Shown piece after piece: positions 38,066-47,883 of a stretch of DNA of 64,000 nt. The position numbers and the translations under genes are program-made. Where the stretch lies: positions 11,283 through 75,282 of the forward strand of contig JARVKB010000009.1 of assembly GCA_029775925.1 (NCBI GenBank). Reading direction: 5' to 3'. This DNA is from Nitrososphaeria archaeon (GTDB lineage Archaea > Thermoproteota > Nitrososphaeria > Nitrososphaerales > JACAEJ01). The notes beneath the pieces were generated by a model. That model was not told the origin of the DNA. It searched no databases and saw only the letters and a program-made list of their open reading frames with translations. Positions within the stretch are counted from its first letter, which is position 1; each line of letters starts with the position of its first letter.

Positions 38066-38451
38066 CTCATCTTTTTCATCAAAGTTTTACTATAAATGGT
38101 AAAAACATTCTCATCATTAATGCAATTATCACAAAGGCAATTCGGAGTTAAATTCTTAACATTGCAGATTAGATAGTATGCACAAGAGTAGCACTCTATC
38201 AGTGAATTACATATAAAGCATTTTGGGACGAATTCAAAATCTTCTCCTAAAGCCTTCTTTAATATTGATGATATTGCCATTAAATCGCTATTAGAATCAA
38301 CCTTAAAGCCTTTGTATTTATCATAAACTAATCCTGCCTTCATAAGGTTCATGAAATATTCTTTCCCTAGTTTTGGTAGCTTGAACCATTCATTAATTGC
38401 AACTCTGAAAACCAAAGTAACAGATAGAGCGCAAATAGGGTTTTTAAGCAT
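38062..38451 (-). CDS. Cys-rich hypothetical protein
   Basis: CFICNSLIECYSCAYYLICNVKNLTPNCLCDNCIND cluster. A 4-nt overlap with the Dabb gene suggests coupling. Confidence 0.35.
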   Translation of the reverse strand: MLKNPICALSVTLVFRVAINEWFKLPKLGKEYFMNLMKAGLVYDKYKGFKVDSNSDLMAISSILKKALGEDFEFVPKCFICNSLIECYSCAYYLICNVKNLTPNCLCDNCINDENVFTIYSKTLMKKMS

Positions 38452-38501
38452 TTTTATTTAGTCATAATCTACAATAAAAGCTTATATTTTTAGATATCAA
38501 A

Positions 38502-39716
38502 TTATCCCATCTTTATGGATATTCTTTCAGCCTCCTTCATCATCACTTTTAATGCACTATCATCCAAGCCAAATGCTCTAAAAAATCTTTTCATAGAATC
38601 CTTATCTTTGCTTAAAATCAGTAATAAATATGGTAAGTATATTGATAAGACTTCTTTAGATGATGTGTGAAAAAAATTTGATAGTCTCTTACTAAAATCT
38701 CTTAAAGCTCTACTTTCATTCCACATTCTAATCTTTAAATCCCAAGGCATATCTTCTTCACTATAGCTCACTATACCTTTAGGAATTGTATTGAAAATAG
38801 AGTAGGCTAATATTCTATCAAAGTATCTTAATAATCTCCATTCTTGAGTCTTTTCCATCATCTTAACGATCTCATCAGCTTCTCCAATTTTCTCCAAAGC
38901 TTTTATGAGCAAATCATCACTTAAATTGCTGTTCATAATACTTGCAAAAACCAATCTTATTTTATCCCTTGGCATGATATTACAATTCCTTAAAGCTTCA
39001 TAGGCTTCTTCCTGAGATTTAGCATTAAAGAAACTTTCAAAGCATTCTCTCAAGCTATAGTTTAAATCTCTACTCGATACAATATTGCTAATCTCTTCTA
39101 TAGATAGACCTGAAAGAGATTGAGCAGTATTTATTGCTGCTCTCATATCACCCTTAGATTCTCTTACTATCAAGCGAATAGTTTCTTTGCTTAACCTGAT
39201 ATTCTCTTTTTTAAGAATATTATCAACATAAATCTCTACAAGCCTTGGAGGGATCCTTGTAAATCTAAACAATTTTGATTTTTTTATTAGCTTAATTATT
39301 TTTTTATCATCCTCTAAGTTTGCAGCCATTGCTATTGGCACTATGCTTTTCTCGATCAATTCTTCCACAAACTCTATTCCTCCTCTATCCTGCCTATCAT
39401 ACATTCCATCAACCTCATCCAAGAATATGAGCAAATTCTCGCCAAAAAGACCTTTAGAGCCTAACGATGGCCCTAAAATTTGCATCATCTTTTCTTTTGT
39501 TCTAACATCGCTGGCATTCAATTCTATAGTATTGTATCCTAATTTATTAGCAACTAAATGCACTAAAGTAGTCTTTCCTGTCCCAGGAGGACCTAAGAGA
39601 AGGGCTGGCTTTGACCCTTTTTTCCAATTCTTTAACCAATTAAAGAATTCTACCCTGCTTTCTTCATTGCCAACCATTTCCTCTACGCTCTTAGGTCTGT
39701 ATTTTTCAACCCACAT
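38502..39716 (-). CDS. rfcL: Replication factor C large subunit
   Basis: MWVEKYRPKSVEEMVGNEE ... LLLGPPGTGKTT ... IFLDEVDG is the RFC AAA+ pattern. The length is typical of the archaeal large subunit. Confidence 0.85.
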   Translation of the reverse strand: MWVEKYRPKSVEEMVGNEESRVEFFNWLKNWKKGSKPALLLGPPGTGKTTLVHLVANKLGYNTIELNASDVRTKEKMMQILGPSLGSKGLFGENLLIFLDEVDGMYDRQDRGGIEFVEELIEKSIVPIAMAANLEDDKKIIKLIKKSKLFRFTRIPPRLVEIYVDNILKKENIRLSKETIRLIVRESKGDMRAAINTAQSLSGLSIEEISNIVSSRDLNYSLRECFESFFNAKSQEEAYEALRNCNIMPRDKIRLVFASIMNSNLSDDLLIKALEKIGEADEIVKMMEKTQEWRLLRYFDRILAYSIFNTIPKGIVSYSEEDMPWDLKIRMWNESRALRDFSKRLSNFFHTSSKEVLSIYLPYLLLILSKDKDSMKRFFRAFGLDDSALKVMMKEAERISIKMG

Positions 39717-39776
39717 TTAGAATTCTGATGTTAAATTAGTATAAAAAGCATTTAGTTTTAGCGAAGAGATAATAGT

Positions 39777-40277
39777 CTATTTTCCTGACTTTCTAAAGGT
39801 TATAAAAAGCCTATACGCATATATTGCTAATCCTAATGGAAAAGAAAGCATGGAGAAAAAGTAAATTCCATTGGCTGAGATAAGTCCTAGAAATGGATTA
39901 CCATATATTGGATAAAATGGATTCATCTCTTCATAAAGAAAAGAATCCAAGAATACATGAGAATAGACCCCAAAAAGAGATGTTAAGAGAATTCTTTTGA
40001 AGGAAGACTTTTGCTCGAGCATGAATAATTTCATGATCTTTCTCAACCATCTATAAAGGTAATATACAATGATCGCTGTAAAAATTCCTAAAATTGATGC
40101 GCCAAGATAAGAGTGAAAGAATCCATGGAGAGGTAATGTAGAGCTAAACATTAAAATGCATATACCCTCTAAGTCAATGATTACACTCGACAAAAATAGA
40201 GCAGGCAAATCGAATATTGGGAAAAATAACATACCTATAATGAGAGCAGGACCCCAGTGAAAGGGTGTAAAAGGCAT
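39777..40277 (-). CDS. Integral membrane protein, possible DUF457/DUF4184-like metal-dependent hydrolase
   Basis: MPFTPFHWGPA N-terminus, four or five TM helices, and HSYLG and YSHVFLDS His motifs. Confidence 0.35.
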   Translation of the reverse strand: MPFTPFHWGPALIIGMLFFPIFDLPALFLSSVIIDLEGICILMFSSTLPLHGFFHSYLGASILGIFTAIIVYYLYRWLRKIMKLFMLEQKSSFKRILLTSLFGVYSHVFLDSFLYEEMNPFYPIYGNPFLGLISANGIYFFSMLSFPLGLAIYAYRLFITFRKSGK

Positions 40278-40299
40278 AAAGCATCCCTAATCATGTCAA

Positions 40300-41169
40300 T
40301 TAATGCATTATTCCTCCTATGAGAAAGGCTATCAAGCCGAGGAGCATTCCAAGAAGAGCAATACTCTTTACATATATAGCATTTGTTTTGGATGGATTCT
40401 TAAGGATTTTAGCAGCTGCGTATATGAAAATTAAGTTAGGAATCAATATCAGAATTGCATAAACTATGCTTACTATGCCTGTTATGAAAGGAAACCAACT
40501 AGATATTATTGCCATAAAGAACATGATAGCACCAAGAATGGATGCAAACCTTGAACCATGAATTCTTGCTATTGACTCGATTCCTCTTATTTCATCTCCT
40601 GCAACATCGCTTATCGTTTTTATGACTTCTCTTCCAGTGCCAGCCAAGAATGATGTTAACGCTAACCATAGCAACAATGGTTCATCAGCCTTCCCAACAG
40701 CTACGCCTCCATATATGTATGGTATCGATATTGAAGTTGCTACTATAAAATTGCCTATCAAACCTCTTTTCTTCGCCCAAAAGTTGTAAAACCATGCGAG
40801 AAAAGCAAATATCGATGCTATTAAAAAATTACTCAAACTTATCAGAATAGATGATAATATACCTATTGAAAGAAGAATCAGAGCCAATATAATAGCAGAA
40901 TTCTTTGAAATGGAGCCACTTGGCAAAGGTCTATCTGGTCTATTCACCTTATCAACCTCAATGTCATAGTAATCATTTACTACCATGGAGAAGCTGGATA
41001 TGAAGAAACCTGTCAAAAAACCTAGTAGAGAATAGATAGAGAAGATCATGCTAGGAGAAGCTACACCAATTCCCACTATGACTGCAAATCCTACCATGAT
41101 GGAGTTGATAGGTCTCATAAGAGCAAGTACGCTATTCAGAGTCATTTTATTTGTCCTCTTGTAAATCAA
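40300..41169 (-). CDS. UbiA-family prenyltransferase, likely digeranylgeranylglyceryl phosphate synthase
   Basis: NDYYDIEVDKVNRPDRPLPSG first Asp-rich motif. It has about 8-9 TM helices and a second motif in region GTGREVIKTISDVAGDE. Confidence 0.7.
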   Translation of the reverse strand: MIYKRTNKMTLNSVLALMRPINSIMVGFAVIVGIGVASPSMIFSIYSLLGFLTGFFISSFSMVVNDYYDIEVDKVNRPDRPLPSGSISKNSAIILALILLSIGILSSILISLSNFLIASIFAFLAWFYNFWAKKRGLIGNFIVATSISIPYIYGGVAVGKADEPLLLWLALTSFLAGTGREVIKTISDVAGDEIRGIESIARIHGSRFASILGAIMFFMAIISSWFPFITGIVSIVYAILILIPNLIFIYAAAKILKNPSKTNAIYVKSIALLGMLLGLIAFLIGGIMH

Positions 41170-41184
41170 GATGTAAATTCATTT

Positions 41185-42528
41185 TCAACCCTTTGCAAAG
41201 CTGACTAAGAGTTTTTGTAAGCCTGAGCTATATTGAAATGCCTTCTTCCTCTTCAATACTATATCTTTTGGTAGACCAGCCTTTATAGCTGCTTCTCTTA
41301 AAACCAGTTTGCGCTGATCGTTTAATGGGTCTATCTTCAAGCTCAAAGGCAAGGAAAGAGCATACTTGACTAGATCAATATTAGCGTAGGGCAGCCTTAT
41401 TTCAGTGTAGGGAGAGGATGCTTTCTCATCTCTTTCAAAATTGTTCTTATGAGCTTCGATGATATCTTTTAACATCATATCTTCTGCAAATTCTTCTCCC
41501 ATATCCTTTAAGGCTCTAACATACTTGGCATAGCCTCCAAACAACTCATCTGCAAGCTGACCCAATAATAAAGCATCACAACCTATTTCTGAGCATCTTT
41601 TAGCAGAAAGATTGATGCCTATGCCTATTGCTAAATCCATAACTTTATCACTCTCTATCAAATTTTGTATTAAATTGATCCTATCCCTTAATTGTTTAGC
41701 ATCAACCTGAAGCTTATCAAGCTCCAATCCAAGGCTTTTTGCCGATTTTACAGCATATTCATCCTTAGAGCCTTCTGTGTATACTGATAGAAGAGTTACT
41801 TTAGCTAATTTTGATGTGATTAAAGCTAAAAGAGAGCTATCCAAGCCTCCAGAGAAGCCTATAGCAACTCTATCAAGCCCTTTAACCCTTCTTCTGATAG
41901 ATTCTGAAAGAATTTCTAATACTTTATCTGACGCTTCATCCATGCTAATTTTCAATTTAAGGTCTGCTTTTATTCTGTAAAATATCAAACTTTTTTCATC
42001 TTTCATAGAAAATTTATGGATACTACCTGGTTGGACTCTCTCAATATTCTTAAACCCTATCAATTTAAGAGCTTTCATCTCTGATGCCAAACCAAGAGTT
42101 CCTGACTCTTTAGAGAAGTATAATGGCTTTATCCCTAATGGATCCCTACCGTATATTAATGAATTGTTATAAATTCCTGCAAAGGTAAATTCAGCATCCA
42201 ATTTTGATAAAATCTCAGGGGCTCTTTCTATATCTTCAAAAACATCCTCTAATCTTTTCGATAAATCAAAGCCTTCTGGATGGTAAACTTTACCATGAAT
42301 GGCTACAATATCGTTTGATGCTTTGGATAGGCAACAACCTATTGCCATGTTTGACTTGATCTTATCAAGGTCTGAGAGATCTTTTATGCACTTATCTTCA
42401 GTAATTATCTTATAGCCATATTTAGCACGATGAGAAATAGATTTTAAGGCAAAAACAAGTCTAGGGATTACATCATCCTTGCCAAAAAGAGCGACTATAC
42501 CATTTATTCCATTTAATCTTAGAAGCAT
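41185..42528 (-). CDS. Asparagine-synthetase-like PP-loop protein lacking the N-terminal Cys nucleophile
   Basis: SGGLDSS PP-loop. The Ntn-like N-half is present (YGRDPLGIKPLYF), but the N-terminus is MLLRLNGINGIVALFG instead of MCGI. Confidence 0.6.
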   Translation of the reverse strand: MLLRLNGINGIVALFGKDDVIPRLVFALKSISHRAKYGYKIITEDKCIKDLSDLDKIKSNMAIGCCLSKASNDIVAIHGKVYHPEGFDLSKRLEDVFEDIERAPEILSKLDAEFTFAGIYNNSLIYGRDPLGIKPLYFSKESGTLGLASEMKALKLIGFKNIERVQPGSIHKFSMKDEKSLIFYRIKADLKLKISMDEASDKVLEILSESIRRRVKGLDRVAIGFSGGLDSSLLALITSKLAKVTLLSVYTEGSKDEYAVKSAKSLGLELDKLQVDAKQLRDRINLIQNLIESDKVMDLAIGIGINLSAKRCSEIGCDALLLGQLADELFGGYAKYVRALKDMGEEFAEDMMLKDIIEAHKNNFERDEKASSPYTEIRLPYANIDLVKYALSLPLSLKIDPLNDQRKLVLREAAIKAGLPKDIVLKRKKAFQYSSGLQKLLVSFAKG

Positions 42529-42590
42529 AAATCATTTGATTAATTAAGATAATTTAAATCTATAATGAGTGATTATTTTTAGGTGGAATT

Positions 42591-43028
42591 TTGAAGGAAT
42601 TAAGTGATGAAGAAATTGCTAGTAAGCTAAAGGGCAATACTCTTCGAGTTTATCTAGCTTTATTAAAATCTAAAGATGGGATAATTGGAGTAAGAGAGGT
42701 TCAAAGAGCATTAAAATTCTCAAGTCCAGCTTTAGCTGCGTATCATTTGAATAAATTGGAAGAATTGGGTTTAGTGAAAAAAGGGAATAGTGATTATCAA
42801 ATTGTAAGAGAGGTTAAGGTTGGAGTTTTAAAACAGTTTACAAAAATAGGATCTTTTATGCTACCAAGATATTTATTTTATGCATCTTTGCTAACAACTC
42901 TTTTAGCATTTTATTTAACACAATTTAAAGAAGTTAACTTTTACAGCATATTTGCTCTTATCTTTGGAATTTTAAGCACTGCTATGATGTGGTACGAGAC
43001 AATAAGAACTTGGTTAGAGAAACCTTGA
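42591..43028 (+). CDS. Membrane-anchored winged-helix DNA-binding protein (paralog of 54229..54699)
   Basis: wHTH (GVREVQRALKFSSPALAAYHLNKLEELGLV) followed by two TM helices and a conserved WYETIRTW tail. Confidence 0.6.
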   Translation: MKELSDEEIASKLKGNTLRVYLALLKSKDGIIGVREVQRALKFSSPALAAYHLNKLEELGLVKKGNSDYQIVREVKVGVLKQFTKIGSFMLPRYLFYASLLTTLLAFYLTQFKEVNFYSIFALIFGILSTAMMWYETIRTWLEKP

Positions 43029-43094
43029 TTGTACAAAAATTTGAACAAAGTGTTCAAAAGAATTGGATTAACTATAGCGATAGTGTAAGGTATT

Positions 43095-43724
43095 ATGGTG
43101 ATGCAGTTGGCTTATGAAAGAAAACATTTGATTATATCAGCTATAGCTGGAATCTTAATAGCAGGGCTCATAATAGCAAGCACTATGCTTTCGCCTTACA
43201 TTTATCAAGTAATTAATCCTCCACCTGAAGAGATTACGAGCGTTCTAGAAGTCCCTCCACCAGTAAACACTCCGCTTCCTACAGATCCCTCCAAGATAGG
43301 CACGCTAGCTTTAGTGTTAACTGATGCTCCCCCCAAAACTCTAAAGTACCTTTATATTGAGATCGATGAGGTAAGGTTGCTTATGAAAGGAAACAAGACT
43401 GTTGATTTTTCTGTTAGTCCTAAGATCTACAATGTAACCGACCTTAAAACTCACCCTGTTACTCTTGGCATTGGTAATGTGCCTGAAGGTGATTATACAG
43501 CGATTTGGCTACACATAGTTAAGGCGAATGCTACCTTTGCAGAGAATCCAGATGTAAATGTTACCCTCAAATTAACGGCACAAGGATGGTTGAAGATATT
43601 TGTTCGCTTTGAAGTCAAACCTGAAAAAACCACCTTGGTAGTTCTAGACTTTGATATGGCACAAACTCATGTCAGCCAAGGCATGGTCTTAACGCCTGTC
43701 GTCAGGCCGAAGCAAGTCATATGA
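43095..43724 (+). CDS. Secreted/anchored DUF4382-like protein
   Basis: N-terminal TM or signal anchor, a Pro-rich linker, then LALVLTDAPP...LYIEIDEVRL, resembling DUF4382. Confidence 0.45.
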   Translation: MVMQLAYERKHLIISAIAGILIAGLIIASTMLSPYIYQVINPPPEEITSVLEVPPPVNTPLPTDPSKIGTLALVLTDAPPKTLKYLYIEIDEVRLLMKGNKTVDFSVSPKIYNVTDLKTHPVTLGIGNVPEGDYTAIWLHIVKANATFAENPDVNVTLKLTAQGWLKIFVRFEVKPEKTTLVVLDFDMAQTHVSQGMVLTPVVRPKQVI

Positions 43725-43769
43725 TCTTAATTGGCATAACTAGAACTCTTCATTAACCCACTATATTTC

Positions 43770-45149
43770 TTATTTCTTCATGATCCAAGCCGTTCTTATC
43801 TTTTGGAACTGCTCAATTACATTTGCTATTATCTTTTTTGATGCAGATAGATGCTTCTCAGGATTAAATAAATTTATTATCTCATCCTTTTCCAATAAAG
43901 CACTTAATTCTTCATCCTCAAGAATAGCCTCAGAATATGGTATATTCTTATTTAATGCTTCATTAGCAGACTTTCTTAATAATCTATGAGCCTTTGACCT
44001 CGACAATCCTTTCTTTAATAAAGCATCCAACAAGAATTCTGAATAAATCTGACCTTTAGTCAAATCTATATTGGCTTTCATTCTATCGACCTTAACTACT
44101 AGACCTTTCATAACATCTATCATTAAGTTAATGCACTCATCCAATAATATTAAGGCTGAAGGGATTATTATCCTCTCATTAGCAGAATTGGAAAGATCTC
44201 TCTCATGCCACAATGGTATATTGTTAAGAGCAACTTCTGGTAAAGCTCTAATATACTTAGCTAGACTAGAAACTCTCTCACATCTTATTGGATTCCTTTT
44301 TATTGGTAGTGCTGAGCTTCCTATCTGATCAGTAGCGAATGGTTCTTCAACTTCTTTTATCTCTGTGCGTTGCAGATTACGAATTTCTATAGCCATTTTA
44401 TCCAATGTTGACGCTAACAATGCTGTAAAGAATATTACTTCAGCAAGAATGTCTCGAGGAACTACTTGAGTAGCAGCATCAATTGGTTTTAGACCTAGCT
44501 TTTTTGCTACTAGTGCTTGAACATCCAAAGCCTTCTCACCCATGACTGATCCTGTACCAACAGCTCCGAGAGTTTTACACACTAGTGCTCTATCCTTCAA
44601 TTGTTGCAGGCGAATAATATTACGATTCATTTCAGAAATCCATACAGCAAACTTTAAGCCAAAGGATATTATGCTAGCATGCTGACCATGAGTTCTACCT
44701 ACAGCTGGCAAATCTTGATAATCAAGAGCTTTAACACATAAAATCTCTGTCAAATTTATCATCTTTCTCTCAATTATCTCTAAAGCTTGCTTTAATTGCA
44801 GTGATAAGGATGTATCTAGAACATCGTTGCTAGTTAAGCTATAATGAACCCATGATTTTGCTTCATCGCTGCAAACTTCTACTATAGCCTCTACTAATGA
44901 CGCTGTTTCATGTTGTGTTTTTGATTCTATCTCCCTCCATCTCTCTATCGTTATATGCTCAAGATTCGCTTTAGATGCAATTTCCATGGCAGCATTCTTA
45001 GGGATTAAGCCTATTTCTGCTTGAGCTTCTGCAACAGCAACTTCAACCATTAATTGATACTTTAAATAACTCTCCTCCTCGAATAGATTCCTCATCTCTT
45101 TGCTACCGTATCTTTCAGGAACAGGGATCGTACTTCTGTAAGAGCTCAT
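43770..45149 (-). CDS. purB: Adenylosuccinate lyase
   Basis: Fumarate-lyase-superfamily signature GSSALPIKRNP plus the PurB-type N-terminus RYGSKEMRNLF. Confidence 0.85.
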   Translation of the reverse strand: MSSYRSTIPVPERYGSKEMRNLFEEESYLKYQLMVEVAVAEAQAEIGLIPKNAAMEIASKANLEHITIERWREIESKTQHETASLVEAIVEVCSDEAKSWVHYSLTSNDVLDTSLSLQLKQALEIIERKMINLTEILCVKALDYQDLPAVGRTHGQHASIISFGLKFAVWISEMNRNIIRLQQLKDRALVCKTLGAVGTGSVMGEKALDVQALVAKKLGLKPIDAATQVVPRDILAEVIFFTALLASTLDKMAIEIRNLQRTEIKEVEEPFATDQIGSSALPIKRNPIRCERVSSLAKYIRALPEVALNNIPLWHERDLSNSANERIIIPSALILLDECINLMIDVMKGLVVKVDRMKANIDLTKGQIYSEFLLDALLKKGLSRSKAHRLLRKSANEALNKNIPYSEAILEDEELSALLEKDEIINLFNPEKHLSASKKIIANVIEQFQKIRTAWIMKK

Positions 45150-45313
45150 AAGATTTCTTTTTATTATTGTATATAAAAGTTAATCAGTATTGCTTAATTA
45201 AATCTCAATTTTTTTAAAAATCTTATTTATTAGTAGAAATTTAAGCGCAAAGGGGGCTAATATATCTGCAATATAAGTGGACAGTACTTACAGTAACAAC
45301 TGTTGGAGTTTTA

Positions 45314-46684
45314 ATGGCTGGACTCGATTCTAGGATAGTTATAATCGGTCTACCTCAAGTAGCTTCAGCTTTAGGAGCAGATGCTGAGCAAGCAATATGG
45401 TTTACTCAATCATACATTCTTGGGACTACAATAGCACTACTTCTCATAGGTAGAATTACAGATATATTTGGTAGGGTTAAGATTTATACAATCGGCTTTG
45501 CCATCTTCACATTAGGATCTGCATTAATAAGCCTTTCACAAGGTTTCGCAGATTTCATATTCTTTAGGGGCATACAAGGATTTGGAGCTGGCGTATTATT
45601 CACAAATAGCATAGCAATAATAACAGATGCGACACCAAAAAATGAGCTGGGTTTCGCTCTCGGTGTAAATCAAATAGCCTTTAGATTCGGTGCAATGGCT
45701 GGACTGACTCTAAGCGGAATAATCATATTATTTTTAGATTGGAGAGCGCTCTTCTACATAAATGTACCAATAGGTATCTTTGGAACGATTTGGGCACATC
45801 GTAGGCTTAAAGAGGTAGCAAACTTAGAAAGAGGGGCACCTATAGATTGGGTTGGATTCCTAATATTCACAGCTTCTTTAACGAGCTTTCTTCTAGCTTT
45901 AACATACGCTGTCTATGGAATAGCAGAAAAAACAATAGTCAATACACTTCTTATAATTAGTGCAATAAGTACGATAGCCTTTGTAATTTATGAGAGAAAT
46001 CATAAGCATCCATTGCTCGATTTAAGACTTCTTAAGATAAGAGAGTTTACCGGAGGTATTGTAGCTCAATTACTGAACACAATAGCATGGGGAGCTGTAT
46101 TGCTTTTACTCAGTCTTTACTTTCAGCTCGTTATTGGATTAAGCCCTTTTGATGCTGGAATAAGGATGATACCATTTGATATCGTATTTCTTTTCCTTGG
46201 AGTAATAAGTGGAAGATTATCAGATAGATTTGGGCATCTACCCTTTACAACATCTGGTCTTGCTCTATCCAGCATATCTTTATACCTCTTCTCAACCGTT
46301 GATATATCCACATCATATTCTCTCATATTAATTTATATGATGCTTCTTGGTGCTGGCATAGGTCTTTTCATACCTCCGAACATAAGTTCTATAATGGGCT
46401 CTGTACCAGCTCAAAGAAGAGGAATTGCCTCGGCCTTCAGGGCTACGTTCTTTAACGTTGGTTTTACAATAAGCCTAAACTTAGCTGTCCTGATGATGAC
46501 TTTTACAGTGCCATATTCAATAGTGACGAATATAATATCATCCACAAACCCCATTATCATTCCTGAGGCAGATAAGATTCTCTTTAATGAAGGATTGAAG
46601 AATACATACTTATGGCTCGCTCTATTGAATACTGCTGCCATTCCACCTTCAATGCTTAGAATAAAAAGAATCAAGAAAAAATAA
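45314..46684 (+). CDS. MFS transporter (DHA2/EmrB-like, 14-TM type)
   Basis: GLDSRIVIIGLPQVASAL, GRITDIFGRVK and multiple TM helices. The true start is probably upstream of the ATG (see findings). Confidence 0.8.
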   Translation: MAGLDSRIVIIGLPQVASALGADAEQAIWFTQSYILGTTIALLLIGRITDIFGRVKIYTIGFAIFTLGSALISLSQGFADFIFFRGIQGFGAGVLFTNSIAIITDATPKNELGFALGVNQIAFRFGAMAGLTLSGIIILFLDWRALFYINVPIGIFGTIWAHRRLKEVANLERGAPIDWVGFLIFTASLTSFLLALTYAVYGIAEKTIVNTLLIISAISTIAFVIYERNHKHPLLDLRLLKIREFTGGIVAQLLNTIAWGAVLLLLSLYFQLVIGLSPFDAGIRMIPFDIVFLFLGVISGRLSDRFGHLPFTTSGLALSSISLYLFSTVDISTSYSLILIYMMLLGAGIGLFIPPNISSIMGSVPAQRRGIASAFRATFFNVGFTISLNLAVLMMTFTVPYSIVTNIISSTNPIIIPEADKILFNEGLKNTYLWLALLNTAAIPPSMLRIKRIKKK

Positions 46685-46784
46685 ATCCTTAAATATAACT
46701 ATAGTTATATTAATTCCAAAGTTAGGAAATTAAATTGTACACAAGAATTCATAAATCAATAGACTGCTTATCAAAAAATGGCTA

Positions 46785-47018
46785 TTGGAAAATAAAAAAG
46801 GAAAAGTAGCAAAAATGAGCCTTTGGAATGAACCTGAAGAGAAAAAGCATATCAAAAAATTAATGGAACAATTGCAACAGCTATGCCCGGGCTGGAGGTC
46901 AGTAGGCATGATTCTGAGTTACTTTGAAGTTTATAAGACTCTACCAAAGGCTACTAAAAAGCTCATCTCAACTTATAAAGATAGAAATAAAAAAGAAGAT
47001 TTAACTTGCTATCAATAA
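46785..47018 (+). CDS. Small hypothetical protein
   Basis: ORF only, with no motif. The internal ATG at 46815 is the likelier start. Confidence 0.25.
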   Translation: MENKKGKVAKMSLWNEPEEKKHIKKLMEQLQQLCPGWRSVGMILSYFEVYKTLPKATKKLISTYKDRNKKEDLTCYQ

Positions 47019-47136
47019 AATTTTATTAATTATTAACCATTTTGATAAATTGAATAATTAAGCTTTGTATGGCTACTCCAGCTAGCGGTGATATTTTACC
47101 ATCCTAAAGATGAATATTCTATATGATTTACGCATC

Positions 47137-47883
47137 TTAAAAGCGATGATTTAACCTTGTTCTTAATCTTTGTGAAAGTCTATCGAGCATAGGTAATGTC
47201 TCTTTCCATGTTAGCATCTTCTTGTACCATATGAACCATGGAGTATCTAAGAAACCAATTATGTTCTTGCTTATTATTTGGCCAGCAATCAAAGGTAATA
47301 TTGGCATCAATCCATAGAAGGCTATTGTTACGAATATTATACTATCTAGAGTTAAATCCAATATATCACTTACAATACTTCTTAACAATACTCTTTTTTC
47401 ATATTTTTTCTTTAAGATAGCGAATACATGAGCATCTAAATTTTGGCAGATCAGAAAAGCTATCCAAGATGCTAATGTTATTCTTATTGATAAACCAAAC
47501 AAATTTTGCCAAGCTTCTTCAAATTGAAAGAATGGAGCTGGACTTAATGAGTTTACCATAGCTATGAATGTAATTAGCAATACTTGAGTTATGAATGCTA
47601 CGAATATTGCAAGATGGGCTTTTGCTTTACCATAAGCTTCGTTTATCATATCTATAGCTTGAGCAATAAATGGGTAGATGAATACTGCAGCTGGAGCAAA
47701 GAATTGATAGAAGCCTAGATCGAAGTTTATTATCCTGCTTGCAATTATCTGTGATGCACCTAAGTATATTGTGTAAAATGCAGTTAAAGCTGCAAATCCG
47801 TATTGCTCATATTTTTTGACGATATAGCTACTAGCGTAAGTGACTATTGTTAAGCTGATTACCCAATAAAGCCAGACGATCAT
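47137..47883 (-). CDS. yhhQ: Queuosine-precursor transporter family protein (YhhQ/DUF165)
   Basis: Polytopic membrane protein with VFIYPFIAQAIDMINEAYGKAKA, matching the DUF165 core motif. Confidence 0.65.
   Translation of the reverse strand: MIVWLYWVISLTIVTYASSYIVKKYEQYGFAALTAFYTIYLGASQIIASRIINFDLGFYQFFAPAAVFIYPFIAQAIDMINEAYGKAKAHLAIFVAFITQVLLITFIAMVNSLSPAPFFQFEEAWQNLFGLSIRITLASWIAFLICQNLDAHVFAILKKKYEKRVLLRSIVSDILDLTLDSIIFVTIAFYGLMPILPLIAGQIISKNIIGFLDTPWFIWYKKMLTWKETLPMLDRLSQRLRTRLNHRF

Noticed and set aside
39343-39720. 125-aa ORF antisense to the RFC large-subunit N-terminus.
   Set aside because: It lies opposite the Walker A region of a confidently called gene. It is a shadow ORF.
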